Part shown: piece after piece, positions 52,025-60,583 of the stretch | Numbering within the stretch: position 1 is the first letter of the stretch | Layout of the letters: the number at the start of each line of letters is the position of its first letter | Source: a virus | Taxonomy: Duplodnaviria; Caudoviricetes | IMG/VR virus record: IMGVR_UViG_3300032038_000001 | Location: 32,001 to 96,000 of that record | Strand: one strand, 5' to 3' | Length of the DNA: 64,000 bases | Translations under genes and position numbers: made by a program | The notes under the pieces: model-generated | The model's input: the letters and a program-made list of their open reading frames with translations, nothing else | Told to the model about the DNA's origin: nothing | The model's database searches: none

Positions 52025-52509
52025 GAATTAGATATATTCGTGATGAAGATTTTTCAAATTATAAAAAAATCTCCATGTTGATAGGAATGGGAGTATGTGA
52101 TTGGAAATGTTGCGAAGAAGCTAATATACCTGTATCTGTATGTCAAAATTCGGAACTTGCTAGAGTTCCTGAATTAGATTATCCTATTGAGGAAATTTTT
52201 AAACGTTATATAAATAATCATATAACAAAATCAATTGTACTTGGTGGACTTGAACCATTACTTAGAAAAGATGATGTACTCGAATTAATTAAATATTTTA
52301 GAGATAATCAATGTGAAGATGATATAGTTATATACACAGGTTACTATCAATCAGAGGTGGAGAAATTCATTACAGATTTACTGAATTTGCATGTAAAAAA
52401 TGTTTATATTAAATTTGGTAGATATGTACCAGAACTCCCATCTCATAAAGATGATGTACTAGGTGTTCAATTGATAAGTAGTAACCAGTATGGAATTCAA
52501 ATATGTTAG
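52021..52509 (+). CDS. nrdG: class III RNR activating enzyme (radical SAM)
   Basis: CDWKC.....CQN, GGLEP, IYTGY, KFGRY, SSNQ. Confidence 0.88.
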   Translation: MRIRYIRDEDFSNYKKISMLIGMGVCDWKCCEEANIPVSVCQNSELARVPELDYPIEEIFKRYINNHITKSIVLGGLEPLLRKDDVLELIKYFRDNQCEDDIVIYTGYYQSEVEKFITDLLNLHVKNVYIKFGRYVPELPSHKDDVLGVQLISSNQYGIQIC

Positions 52510-52690
52510 TATAAACAATACATTATTATAACTATTCCTTTCATTTTTTTTATTACTCCTATTATATATATATGACGAAGAGACTGTGTGCGAAGGTCTC
52601 TTCGTCATTACCCCTTTATATATCTTTAAAAAAACAATCCATTAAATAATGATATTATTACAAATATAATATGGAAAGGAATGATTTATA

Positions 52691-55600
52691 ATGGCTATGG
52701 CTAAAGGATATGTTAGTACTACATACCAAATCACAAGTACAACACAACTCTCACCATCTATTGGCTATGATGGTGATATAGCATTTTTAGTTGATGATAG
52801 AAATAAGAGAGCAATTGCTCAATTTTTTAAAAGAGATGGAACATGGCAGCGGGTTAATAATAACGCAACTGCTAAAGAAATAGATGCCACTGAACTATAT
52901 GAAATGATTCTGGAAAATGGTCAACGTATAACTGATTTAAATCGTGGTATGCAAAATTATGAAGAAACAACTGATGGTACTTTAAACAATCATGCCGCAA
53001 CATTAGTTAATCATACAACATCAATAAATGAACATGAAAATGAAATTACAGAAATACAGGAAATCATTGAACATTTAGATCCTAGTGGTGGTGGCGTTGG
53101 TAAAAGCACTACTGGTGTGGAGTATGATGTTGATGGGACTTCTTATACTGGAGATGTTGGTGCTGAAGTTTTTAATAATTATGAAGATAATAAAGGTATT
53201 GGAAAATATTCACATACTGAAGGTAAAGGTAATATAAGTATTGGGCTTGCCGCTCATACAGAGGGCTATCAAACAAAAACTTCTAATACTGGCGCACATG
53301 CTGAAGGAATAATGGGTAAAGCCACTGGTATAGGTGCTCATGTTGAGGGTGCATCAACTACAATTACTGTTGATGATGAACCCGTTGAAGTGGGGTCTGA
53401 GGCATCAGGTAAAGGCTCTCATGTTGAAGGTATTTATAATATTACAGCAGCTGATGCATCTCATGCTGAAGGTAGTAGTAACCGGATTATTAGTAATGCT
53501 TCTCATGGATATAATGGATTTGCAGCACATATAGAAGGTGATAATAACGTTATTACTAATTCGGATAGTGCACATGCTGAAGGAACTCATAATGTCATAA
53601 CCGATGCCGCATATTCTCATGCTGAAGGCAATCTCACTACAGTTACTGGTTTAGGTTCTCATGCTGAAGGATATAAATCTACCGCAAGTGGTGAGTATTC
53701 ACATTCTGAAGGAAACTATACTACAGCTAGTGGAGCGGCATCTCACGCTGAAGGAAGTGGAACTAGTTCAAAAGGTATTCAATCTCATGCCGAAGGTAGT
53801 GGTTGCCAATCTATTTCTCCTTATTCTCATGCCGAAGGTGCTGGAACTACAGCAGGATCAGTTTCACAAACAACCGGTAATCCCGTAGGTGCAGGTCAGC
53901 ATGCCGAAGGCGGTGGTTGTAAGGCAATCGGAAGTTATTCACATGCAGAAGGTAGTGGTTCAACTGCAAATAGTGATTACTCACATGCAGAAGGTAACGC
54001 TAGTACAGCTAGTGGTTTAGGTTCTCATACTGAAGGATATAAATCTGCTGCAAGTGGTGAGTATTCACATTCTGAAGGAAGCAGTACTACTGCTAGTGGA
54101 GCTGCATCACACTCCGAAGGAAGTGGAACTAGTGCAAAAGGTACTCAGTCTCATGCCGAAGGAGGCGGAACAACTGCTAGTGGAGGTCAGTCTCATGCCG
54201 AAGGAGCTGGTTGTCAAGCTATCTCTCCTCAATCTCATGCTGAAGGTCTTGGAACTGTAGCGGGATCAGTTTCACAAACAACTGGTAACCCTGAAGGTTC
54301 CTGTCAGCACGCTGAAGGTGGTGGTTGTAAGGCAATCGGAAGTTATTCACATGCAGAAGGTAACGGTTCAACTGCGAACGGTGCTCAATCTCATGCCGAA
54401 GGTAACATTAGTACAGCTACTGGTATGGGTTCTCATGCTGAAGGAAGCGGAACACATGCAAATGGTGCTCAATCTCATGCTGAAGGAAATGGTTCAACCG
54501 CGAATGGCGATCAATCTCATGCCGAAGGTGGTGGAACGACTGCCACTGGTATGGGTTCGCACGCTGAAGGTGGTGGATGTCAGGCTATTTCTCCTCAATC
54601 TCATGCCGAAGGTGGTGGAAGTATAGCAGGATCAATTTCACAAACAACTGGCAAGCCCATAGGTTCCTGTCAGCATGCTGAAGGCGGTGGTTGTAAGGCA
54701 ATCGGAAGTAATTCTCATGCTGAAGGATTCGGTTCAACTGCGAATGGAGATTATTCACATGCTGAAGGTTACATCAGTACAACTACTGGTGTAGGCTCAC
54801 ATGCTGAAGGCGGTGCTTGTCAGGCAAATGGAAATTATTCTCATGCCGAAGGTAACGGTAGTACAGCTACCGGTATGGGTTCTCACGCCGAAGGATCAGC
54901 AACAAATGTAAACGGTGACTGTTCACACGTTGAAGGTTCTGGAATAACTGCAAATGGTAACTTTATTCATGCTGAAGGTGCAGGTTATACAGTTACTGGC
55001 GGTTCGTCTCATATCGAAGGTACACTACATACTGAATTAACTGCAAACATATCTCATATCGAGGGTACTGCGCATACAGGTAACATGCATATATCTCATG
55101 TTGAAGGCGCAAATAATACAGTGAATAACGAATATAATCATGTTGAAGGAACCGAAAATATAGCATATTCAAAATCAGATCGTGTTCATATTGAAGGTGA
55201 TCGAAACCATAATAATGGTGACAGAATACACATCGAAGGTATGTATAATGTTGTTAACGACAATGATGTATGTGATCATGTAGAAGGGTATAATAATGAA
55301 ATTAAGGGTATAGTAACAACCACAACTGTAGAACGTGATGAAGTACGAAAAAAAACACCATCATATTGTCATGTTGAAGGTAGTAGAAATATAATAAAAA
55401 CTAATCAATATGGTGATGATTCATCATTAGCAAGTCATCGTTATAGTCATATAGAAGGCTACCAAAATATAATTGAGGGTGGTCATGGAAGCCATGTTGG
55501 AGGAGCACAGAATATATCAGCATCTAGATGGCAGACAGTAATCGGTGTTGGTAACTTACCTGATACAAATAATGAATTTGCATTTATTATAGGTAATGGT

Positions 55601-55888
55601 TCTGCTCCTGATCCAGTAACAGGTGAACTAACTAACCAAGAAGAAATATCAGATACTTCGCCAGCTGCAGGTGAATCAGATACTATTGATTATATAATAC
55701 AAAATAAACGTAGTAATGCGTTTACTGTTAGTTGGGATGGTACTGTTAATATTGCTACCGCATTATATGTAAATGGCCAGCAAATCACACCTGGTGGCGG
55801 CGGTGGCGGTGGAATGGACGATGCTGTTATTGCCGATAATATAACTAACAGTGAAGTTGACGACATGATAAATGAAATTTGGGCATAA
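52691..55888 (+). CDS. tail fibre/adhesin with YadA-head-like HAEG repeats
   Basis: Dozens of about 14-aa SHAEG/HxEG repeats, IIGNG...RSNAFTVSWDG motif; late promoter 52633-52644. Confidence 0.85.
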   Translation: MAMAKGYVSTTYQITSTTQLSPSIGYDGDIAFLVDDRNKRAIAQFFKRDGTWQRVNNNATAKEIDATELYEMILENGQRITDLNRGMQNYEETTDGTLNNHAATLVNHTTSINEHENEITEIQEIIEHLDPSGGGVGKSTTGVEYDVDGTSYTGDVGAEVFNNYEDNKGIGKYSHTEGKGNISIGLAAHTEGYQTKTSNTGAHAEGIMGKATGIGAHVEGASTTITVDDEPVEVGSEASGKGSHVEGIYNITAADASHAEGSSNRIISNASHGYNGFAAHIEGDNNVITNSDSAHAEGTHNVITDAAYSHAEGNLTTVTGLGSHAEGYKSTASGEYSHSEGNYTTASGAASHAEGSGTSSKGIQSHAEGSGCQSISPYSHAEGAGTTAGSVSQTTGNPVGAGQHAEGGGCKAIGSYSHAEGSGSTANSDYSHAEGNASTASGLGSHTEGYKSAASGEYSHSEGSSTTASGAASHSEGSGTSAKGTQSHAEGGGTTASGGQSHAEGAGCQAISPQSHAEGLGTVAGSVSQTTGNPEGSCQHAEGGGCKAIGSYSHAEGNGSTANGAQSHAEGNISTATGMGSHAEGSGTHANGAQSHAEGNGSTANGDQSHAEGGGTTATGMGSHAEGGGCQAISPQSHAEGGGSIAGSISQTTGKPIGSCQHAEGGGCKAIGSNSHAEGFGSTANGDYSHAEGYISTTTGVGSHAEGGACQANGNYSHAEGNGSTATGMGSHAEGSATNVNGDCSHVEGSGITANGNFIHAEGAGYTVTGGSSHIEGTLHTELTANISHIEGTAHTGNMHISHVEGANNTVNNEYNHVEGTENIAYSKSDRVHIEGDRNHNNGDRIHIEGMYNVVNDNDVCDHVEGYNNEIKGIVTTTTVERDEVRKKTPSYCHVEGSRNIIKTNQYGDDSSLASHRYSHIEGYQNIIEGGHGSHVGGAQNISASRWQTVIGVGNLPDTNNEFAFIIGNGSAPDPVTGELTNQEEISDTSPAAGESDTIDYIIQNKRSNAFTVSWDGTVNIATALYVNGQQITPGGGGGGGMDDAVIADNITNSEVDDMINEIWA
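53200..55500 (+). repeat. coding tandem repeat (about 42-bp unit, TCTCATGCnGAAGG) with a larger triplicated block
   Basis: GGATCA(G/A)TTTCACAAACAAC...TGTAAGGCAATCGGAAGT recurs at about 53855, 54263 and 54629. Confidence 0.85.
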
Positions 55889-55904
55889 AGGATGGTGAAT
55901 ATTA

Positions 55905-56651
55905 ATGTCTATGATAAAAGATTCAGAACTCAGTTGGTCTTGTAATGAAGATTATTATGTAAATACAGCAGGTACTGTACTATCTGCTCATGGAACGGGT
56001 GGTACCCAATTAACAAAAACAAATAACGGTGGTGCTATTGGTGTTGAGATTAAAATGAAAAATTCATCTAATCAACTATGGTATGGACCAATGATAATTT
56101 CTACAATAGAAGCATATGCTAGATATACTCCTTCAGATTCCAATCCTTTGAAACGTTGTGCAATTAACGGTGTAACATGGTACGTTTCCACAGCAAGTTA
56201 TTGGAATTCCGATGAAGATCCTAATCATTTATTACCGTATTTAGATTTAAACGAAGCGGGTGTTCCACAGGAATACATAGATGATTTAAGTTCAGATTCA
56301 GCAGTGGAATATATTGCTAGGCTAATAATACAAGCTGCTGAGTTGACTATATTACATAAACTTCCTAGTGCGGGATATCTAAATAAATTTGTTAAGCGTG
56401 CTCTTATTAAAAATAATGAGCGTATTGTCTCATTAATTCCTAATTTAACTTATGATCAAGCACCAACTGAAGATTCTAATAACTTAGTTCGTTCTGGTGG
56501 TATATACGATTTTGTCGAACAAGAATTTACTAACAGAATAGGTAATATAAACATCGTTAAATGCACTCAGGCAGCATATGATGCTATGACCTCTCATGAC
56601 TCCAATACATTATATATAGTATTGCCAAATTCGGAGGCGAGTGGTGGATGA
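55905..56651 (+). CDS. tail-fibre-associated protein
   Basis: DQAPTEDSNNLVRSGGIY and TQAAYDAM...D.NTLYIV motifs typical of phage tail proteins. Confidence 0.7.
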   Translation: MSMIKDSELSWSCNEDYYVNTAGTVLSAHGTGGTQLTKTNNGGAIGVEIKMKNSSNQLWYGPMIISTIEAYARYTPSDSNPLKRCAINGVTWYVSTASYWNSDEDPNHLLPYLDLNEAGVPQEYIDDLSSDSAVEYIARLIIQAAELTILHKLPSAGYLNKFVKRALIKNNERIVSLIPNLTYDQAPTEDSNNLVRSGGIYDFVEQEFTNRIGNINIVKCTQAAYDAMTSHDSNTLYIVLPNSEASGG

Positions 56652-57303
56652 GTGTTTTAATTGGTGACACAAAAGCAAAACTTTATCTTGGAGATATATT
56701 ATTAAATGATGACACACCTGTTACTAGACTTCCAGATTTTAAAGGGTATGTTAATTCAGATAATGGAGTACCTATAGCAAAAACAGATACAGATTTTGAT
56801 ACATCAAAAGCTTTGATATAATTTTCTGTTTTTGGTATGGTAGTAATCCAACTGAAACATCTGGAGCTGCTATAGGAACATATGACCTGAATAGCTATTA
56901 TAAATACCCATCTATAGAAATACGTCTTGATACTGGAATATGGTATGGTGTTAGTGCGGATGGAAATTATAGCTGGGATTTAATAACAAAATCAGTAGGA
57001 CTTAGTTTCGTACAAAATTCATATAATTATATGAAAATATCACAAGATACATCTGATGAAAATCATAAGCTAATAAATGTATATCATAGTACAGATGGAA
57101 ACACGTGGTCTCTAATTGATTCTACAGATATAGGGTCGTCTACAGTATTTAATACATCAAGCGTTAAAATGTGTTTTGGTGGAAATGCACTTGCTAGTAG
57201 ATTAACCTTTCCTTCTGAAGAAGATTTTCATATGGTGATAGAGCGCTGTAAAGTGATTTCTGAAGGAATAACTATATTTGGTTATGATGATACTGCTACA
57301 TGA
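56648..57303 (+). pseudogene. tail-associated beta-rich protein, frameshifted near 56812
   Basis: ATG 56648 overlaps the upstream stop; frame ends at 56821 but the -1 frame is open through to 57303. Confidence 0.65.
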
Positions 57304-57513
57304 ACTAGTTTCCTTAAGAAGCTTGGCTATAAGGAAAATGGTATAGCAGATAAGAATTTCAATAATAAACTTTATGATGGTATAAAGTAAAAAAAAGAAC
57401 GCTGTGTAAGATTAAATCTTACACAGCGTTATTTTTTGCCAACAGATGGAACATAGATAAAAAAAGAAGCACCGCATATAATGCGGCTGAAACCCATGCG
57501 GTGCTTCTTATTC

Positions 57514-57885
57514 TTAGCGTCTGGGGAAACCTAACAGGCTAATATCCCAACCGAATATTTCCTGATAGATATGACGTTTTCTCTCGAAAGGTACGTCGTT
57601 AAACGTACCCTTCTTAGCATAGCAATATATAGTGTCTGTAAGACTATCTATAATATCATTGAGCTGGTCATTTGCCCAAACTCCAGTTGACTCAAGGTAT
57701 GCTAGCTGATAGACGTTAGGAAGTAATGCCGTTTTGAACAGCGGCATTAACTTATCTTCATTGTTGTCGATATACAGCAAAGATACCGATGATGTGCATT
57801 TCGCAAAAAGTTCGGTATATGTTGTAGCATCTTCATCAACGAGAGAGTTAATAGCTGTGAGAATGTTCTTTACTACGGTATTCAT
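57514..57885 (-). CDS. early hypothetical protein
   Basis: AGGAGG RBS, conserved structured leader, own terminator. Confidence 0.7.
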   Translation of the reverse strand: MNTVVKNILTAINSLVDEDATTYTELFAKCTSSVSLLYIDNNEDKLMPLFKTALLPNVYQLAYLESTGVWANDQLNDIIDSLTDTIYCYAKKGTFNDVPFERKRHIYQEIFGWDISLLGFPRR

Positions 57886-58086
57886 ATCATTAGTCCTCCT
57901 TTAGAACTATACTTTGTTTTCTTGACAAGAGTAAACAAAGGAACATATAAAATGTTCGAAAAACTCTTTTAATAATTTTTATGTAATCTTCGTTAATAAT
58001 TAACTCGACGCCTTCGCTATGAAGTTGAGGTAATTATTTATTGATTACACCGATATAGTATATAATTATAATATTTGATTTTACGG
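57886..58086 (-). promoter_or_regulatory. early promoter and conserved structured leader (copy 1)
   Basis: Shares CCTTCGCTATGAAGTT and TTGAC-N4-GTAAACA blocks with 59322-59526. Confidence 0.7.
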
Positions 58087-58151
58087 AAAAATAAAGAGAG
58101 TGATAGATTAACTTCTATCACTCTCTTTATTCTTTTTGTATCTTGTATATA

Positions 58152-58715
58152 TCACTTTTTTTGAGCAATTATATCATAAAAATGCCATTTTTTATTATTT
58201 GATTCTCTGATATATTCGATTTCATCTAATTTTATTATTTTATATTTTTGTAGATATTTTTTTACCTCCTCTATAGTGAAAGTATTGATTGACTGATTAT
58301 TTTTCCAATCATCTCTATCTCCAAATAGTTGCCCTACAAAATATCCATTATTATTTATAGAATTATAAATTTTATTCCATAAATTATCAAAATATTTTGG
58401 ATTACAAAAAGGAATACTAAAAAACGCTGTAATCGCATCAGTTTTAGGTAGTTTAATATTTTCAAATTCATGTTCTAAAAATGTTACATTTTCTTTTATA
58501 CTTTCATCAGCTCTAGATAATATATACTGTTTATTTAATTGTCTATCTACAGCCAAAACCTTAATACCATGATTTAGCATATATATAGTTTCATTTCCAC
58601 TACCACACCCTAAATCAATAGCATCTTTTATTTTATAATTATTTAAAAAATATATTAATAATTTGCTTACATCGTTATTATATGTTCTTTTTTGGTAATT
58701 TCTCCAATCTTTCAA
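58152..58715 (-). CDS. class I SAM-dependent methyltransferase (TehB-like)
   Basis: AIDLGCGSG, VLAVD, GYFVGQLFG; TTG start after AAGGAG. Confidence 0.85.
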   Translation of the reverse strand: MKDWRNYQKRTYNNDVSKLLIYFLNNYKIKDAIDLGCGSGNETIYMLNHGIKVLAVDRQLNKQYILSRADESIKENVTFLEHEFENIKLPKTDAITAFFSIPFCNPKYFDNLWNKIYNSINNNGYFVGQLFGDRDDWKNNQSINTFTIEEVKKYLQKYKIIKLDEIEYIRESNNKKWHFYDIIAQKK

Positions 58716-58931
58716 ATATTTTCAACTCCTTTCTCATTGATTAGACCGTTAAGTGATGTAAGAATGTTCTTCATTAACAATTAGCTCGACACAGTTATTA
58801 TAATATTTGTTACTGAGATAGAATATAATTATAATAATTGATTTTATGGAAACACAATTATATAAAAAAAAGAGCGAGTGTTGCAATTCGCAACACTCGC
58901 TCTTATATAGCCTTATCGTAGCTGCATTATA

Positions 58932-59321
58932 TTATATGACAGTCTTAAGTGCAGATATGATAGCTTCTGCGTTGTCGAGGATGATATCCTCAATATCATG
59001 AGTAGTACTAACATCAGGACCCCCAAACCCGTCGTTGAGGTCATTGACTTTAACTCGGATTATCATGGATCCTGTTGCGGACCCCTCCTTATTTGTGGTT
59101 GTTATTTCACAATCTCCAAAACTATCCAAGTGGGTGCTGTTGGGAACTACAGTATGAAGACGGATTAAACAGTTATTGGTCATAAGAATTTTCTTATTTC
59201 TCCATCCAATAATTTGGTTTTCTCCGTCATAGATTTCTGTACTGGTCTGAAATTCAGTTTCTGCTATGAGCGATATTAACGCTCCAACTGCAACTGCAGA
59301 AATCTTGTTGAAAGTATACAT
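58932..59321 (-). CDS. early hypothetical protein
   Basis: AAGGAGG RBS, conserved structured leader. Confidence 0.7.
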   Translation of the reverse strand: MYTFNKISAVAVGALISLIAETEFQTSTEIYDGENQIIGWRNKKILMTNNCLIRLHTVVPNSTHLDSFGDCEITTTNKEGSATGSMIIRVKVNDLNDGFGGPDVSTTHDIEDIILDNAEAIISALKTVI

Positions 59322-59526
59322 ATGATTACCTCCTTGTAATCATACTCTGTTTTATTGACTGTGGTAAACAGAAGGAACATAGAAGTTCCGAGAAACCACA
59401 TTGTTGTTTTTATGTAATAAGTTATATATATAACTTAACCTGATACCTTCGCTATGAAGTTAGGGTAAGATATTATATATTTTATTACCTAGAGATAATA
59501 TATACATAAAATTATTAGGTTTACGG
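59322..59526 (-). promoter_or_regulatory. early promoter and conserved structured leader (copy 2)
   Basis: TATATTAT at 59495-59502; same blocks as 57886-58086 with compensatory stem changes. Confidence 0.7.
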
Positions 59527-59583
59527 TTTTATAATAAAAAATCATATATATATAAACAAAACTATAGTAATAAAAAATCATAC

Positions 59584-59654
59584 TGGGGTATCGCCAAGAG
59601 GTAAGGCAACGGACTTTGACTCCGTCATCATCAGTTCGAATCTGGTTACCCCAA
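59584..59654 (+). tRNA. tRNA-Gln(TTG)
   Basis: TGGGGTA/TACCCCA acceptor stem, ACGGA-CTTTGAC-TCCGT anticodon arm, TTCGAAT T-loop; AACA-N6-TA at 59555-59566. Confidence 0.92.
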
Positions 59655-59789
59655 TAAAAATAGGAAGTATAAATATTATACTTCCTATTTTTCATTTATC
59701 ATAAATGGTTATATATTATTTTTTTGGTATTGTAAAAATTGTTTTGCATTATCATAAAAACTTATCATTAATAAAATTTTAAAGGAGTA

Positions 59790-60506
59790 GTGATTTTTAT
59801 GTCAGAAAAAACTATGAAGTATTTGGAGTATTACAAGTTGAATGCTTCAGAAAACGAGGATGATATACGTATCATCTGTGAAACAGCTAACAAGAGGCTG
59901 TCGACTTTTAATACAAAGTTTTCAGACTGGAAACTTCTCGGAGCGTTTTTCTGTAAAACCTTCGAATCAATCCTGATGAGTCTTAAGAAACTTGAAAAGG
60001 AATGGTCGAGTTTCGAGATAAATTTCTGTGATCGCTTTGTTGTCGGATACTCCACGTCTGATAACGAAGACGATGAAAAGAACGGAAATTTTGTGCCTTA
60101 TATTAGACACATAAGCGCAGAAAAGAAAGAATATAATTATGATAGCGAATCAACTGCAAATAGTAAGTTCGCGTCATGGGTAATGGACAATCTGAATTCG
60201 CAGGTCGATTTAATAAATAAGATTGCTGGTGAAGCAATACCGAATTTAAAGGAAATTGGTATTGCTTTAACATCATCAGATGCCGTAATAGTAATATTCA
60301 CGGTTATATATGAAACTATTGTTTCGTATCTCAAAGCTAAGAGAGCAAATGAGGGAGAATTTGAATACGAAATCAATTTCCTAAACTGCTTCTATATTGG
60401 AGTACAGGAAAGTGAAGATGGTGCTGGCGACGTATACATCAGACCTAACATCGCGAACAAGCTTTTCATAAAAGATGATACTGTAGCATCATCTAAATAC
60501 GAATAA
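59790..60506 (+). CDS. conserved hypothetical protein
   Basis: AAGGAG RBS; TATATTAT at 59712-59719; two internal FEINF repeats. Confidence 0.7.
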   Translation: MIFMSEKTMKYLEYYKLNASENEDDIRIICETANKRLSTFNTKFSDWKLLGAFFCKTFESILMSLKKLEKEWSSFEINFCDRFVVGYSTSDNEDDEKNGNFVPYIRHISAEKKEYNYDSESTANSKFASWVMDNLNSQVDLINKIAGEAIPNLKEIGIALTSSDAVIVIFTVIYETIVSYLKAKRANEGEFEYEINFLNCFYIGVQESEDGAGDVYIRPNIANKLFIKDDTVASSKYE

Positions 60507-60583
60507 TATCACAAAAGTCGGACGAGATTATATCAACTCCGACTTTATTTTTTAATACAATTCATAATTTATGATATGAAAGG

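Noticed and set aside
52691-57303. Diversity-generating retroelement or invertible tail-fibre cassette
   Set aside because: No reverse transcriptase, invertase or adenine-specific TR/VR pair seen in the window
57922-57951. Host sigma-A promoter TTGACA-N18-TATAAA on the plus strand
   Set aside because: The -10 box is not kept in the other two copies of the motif, whereas the RNA stems are
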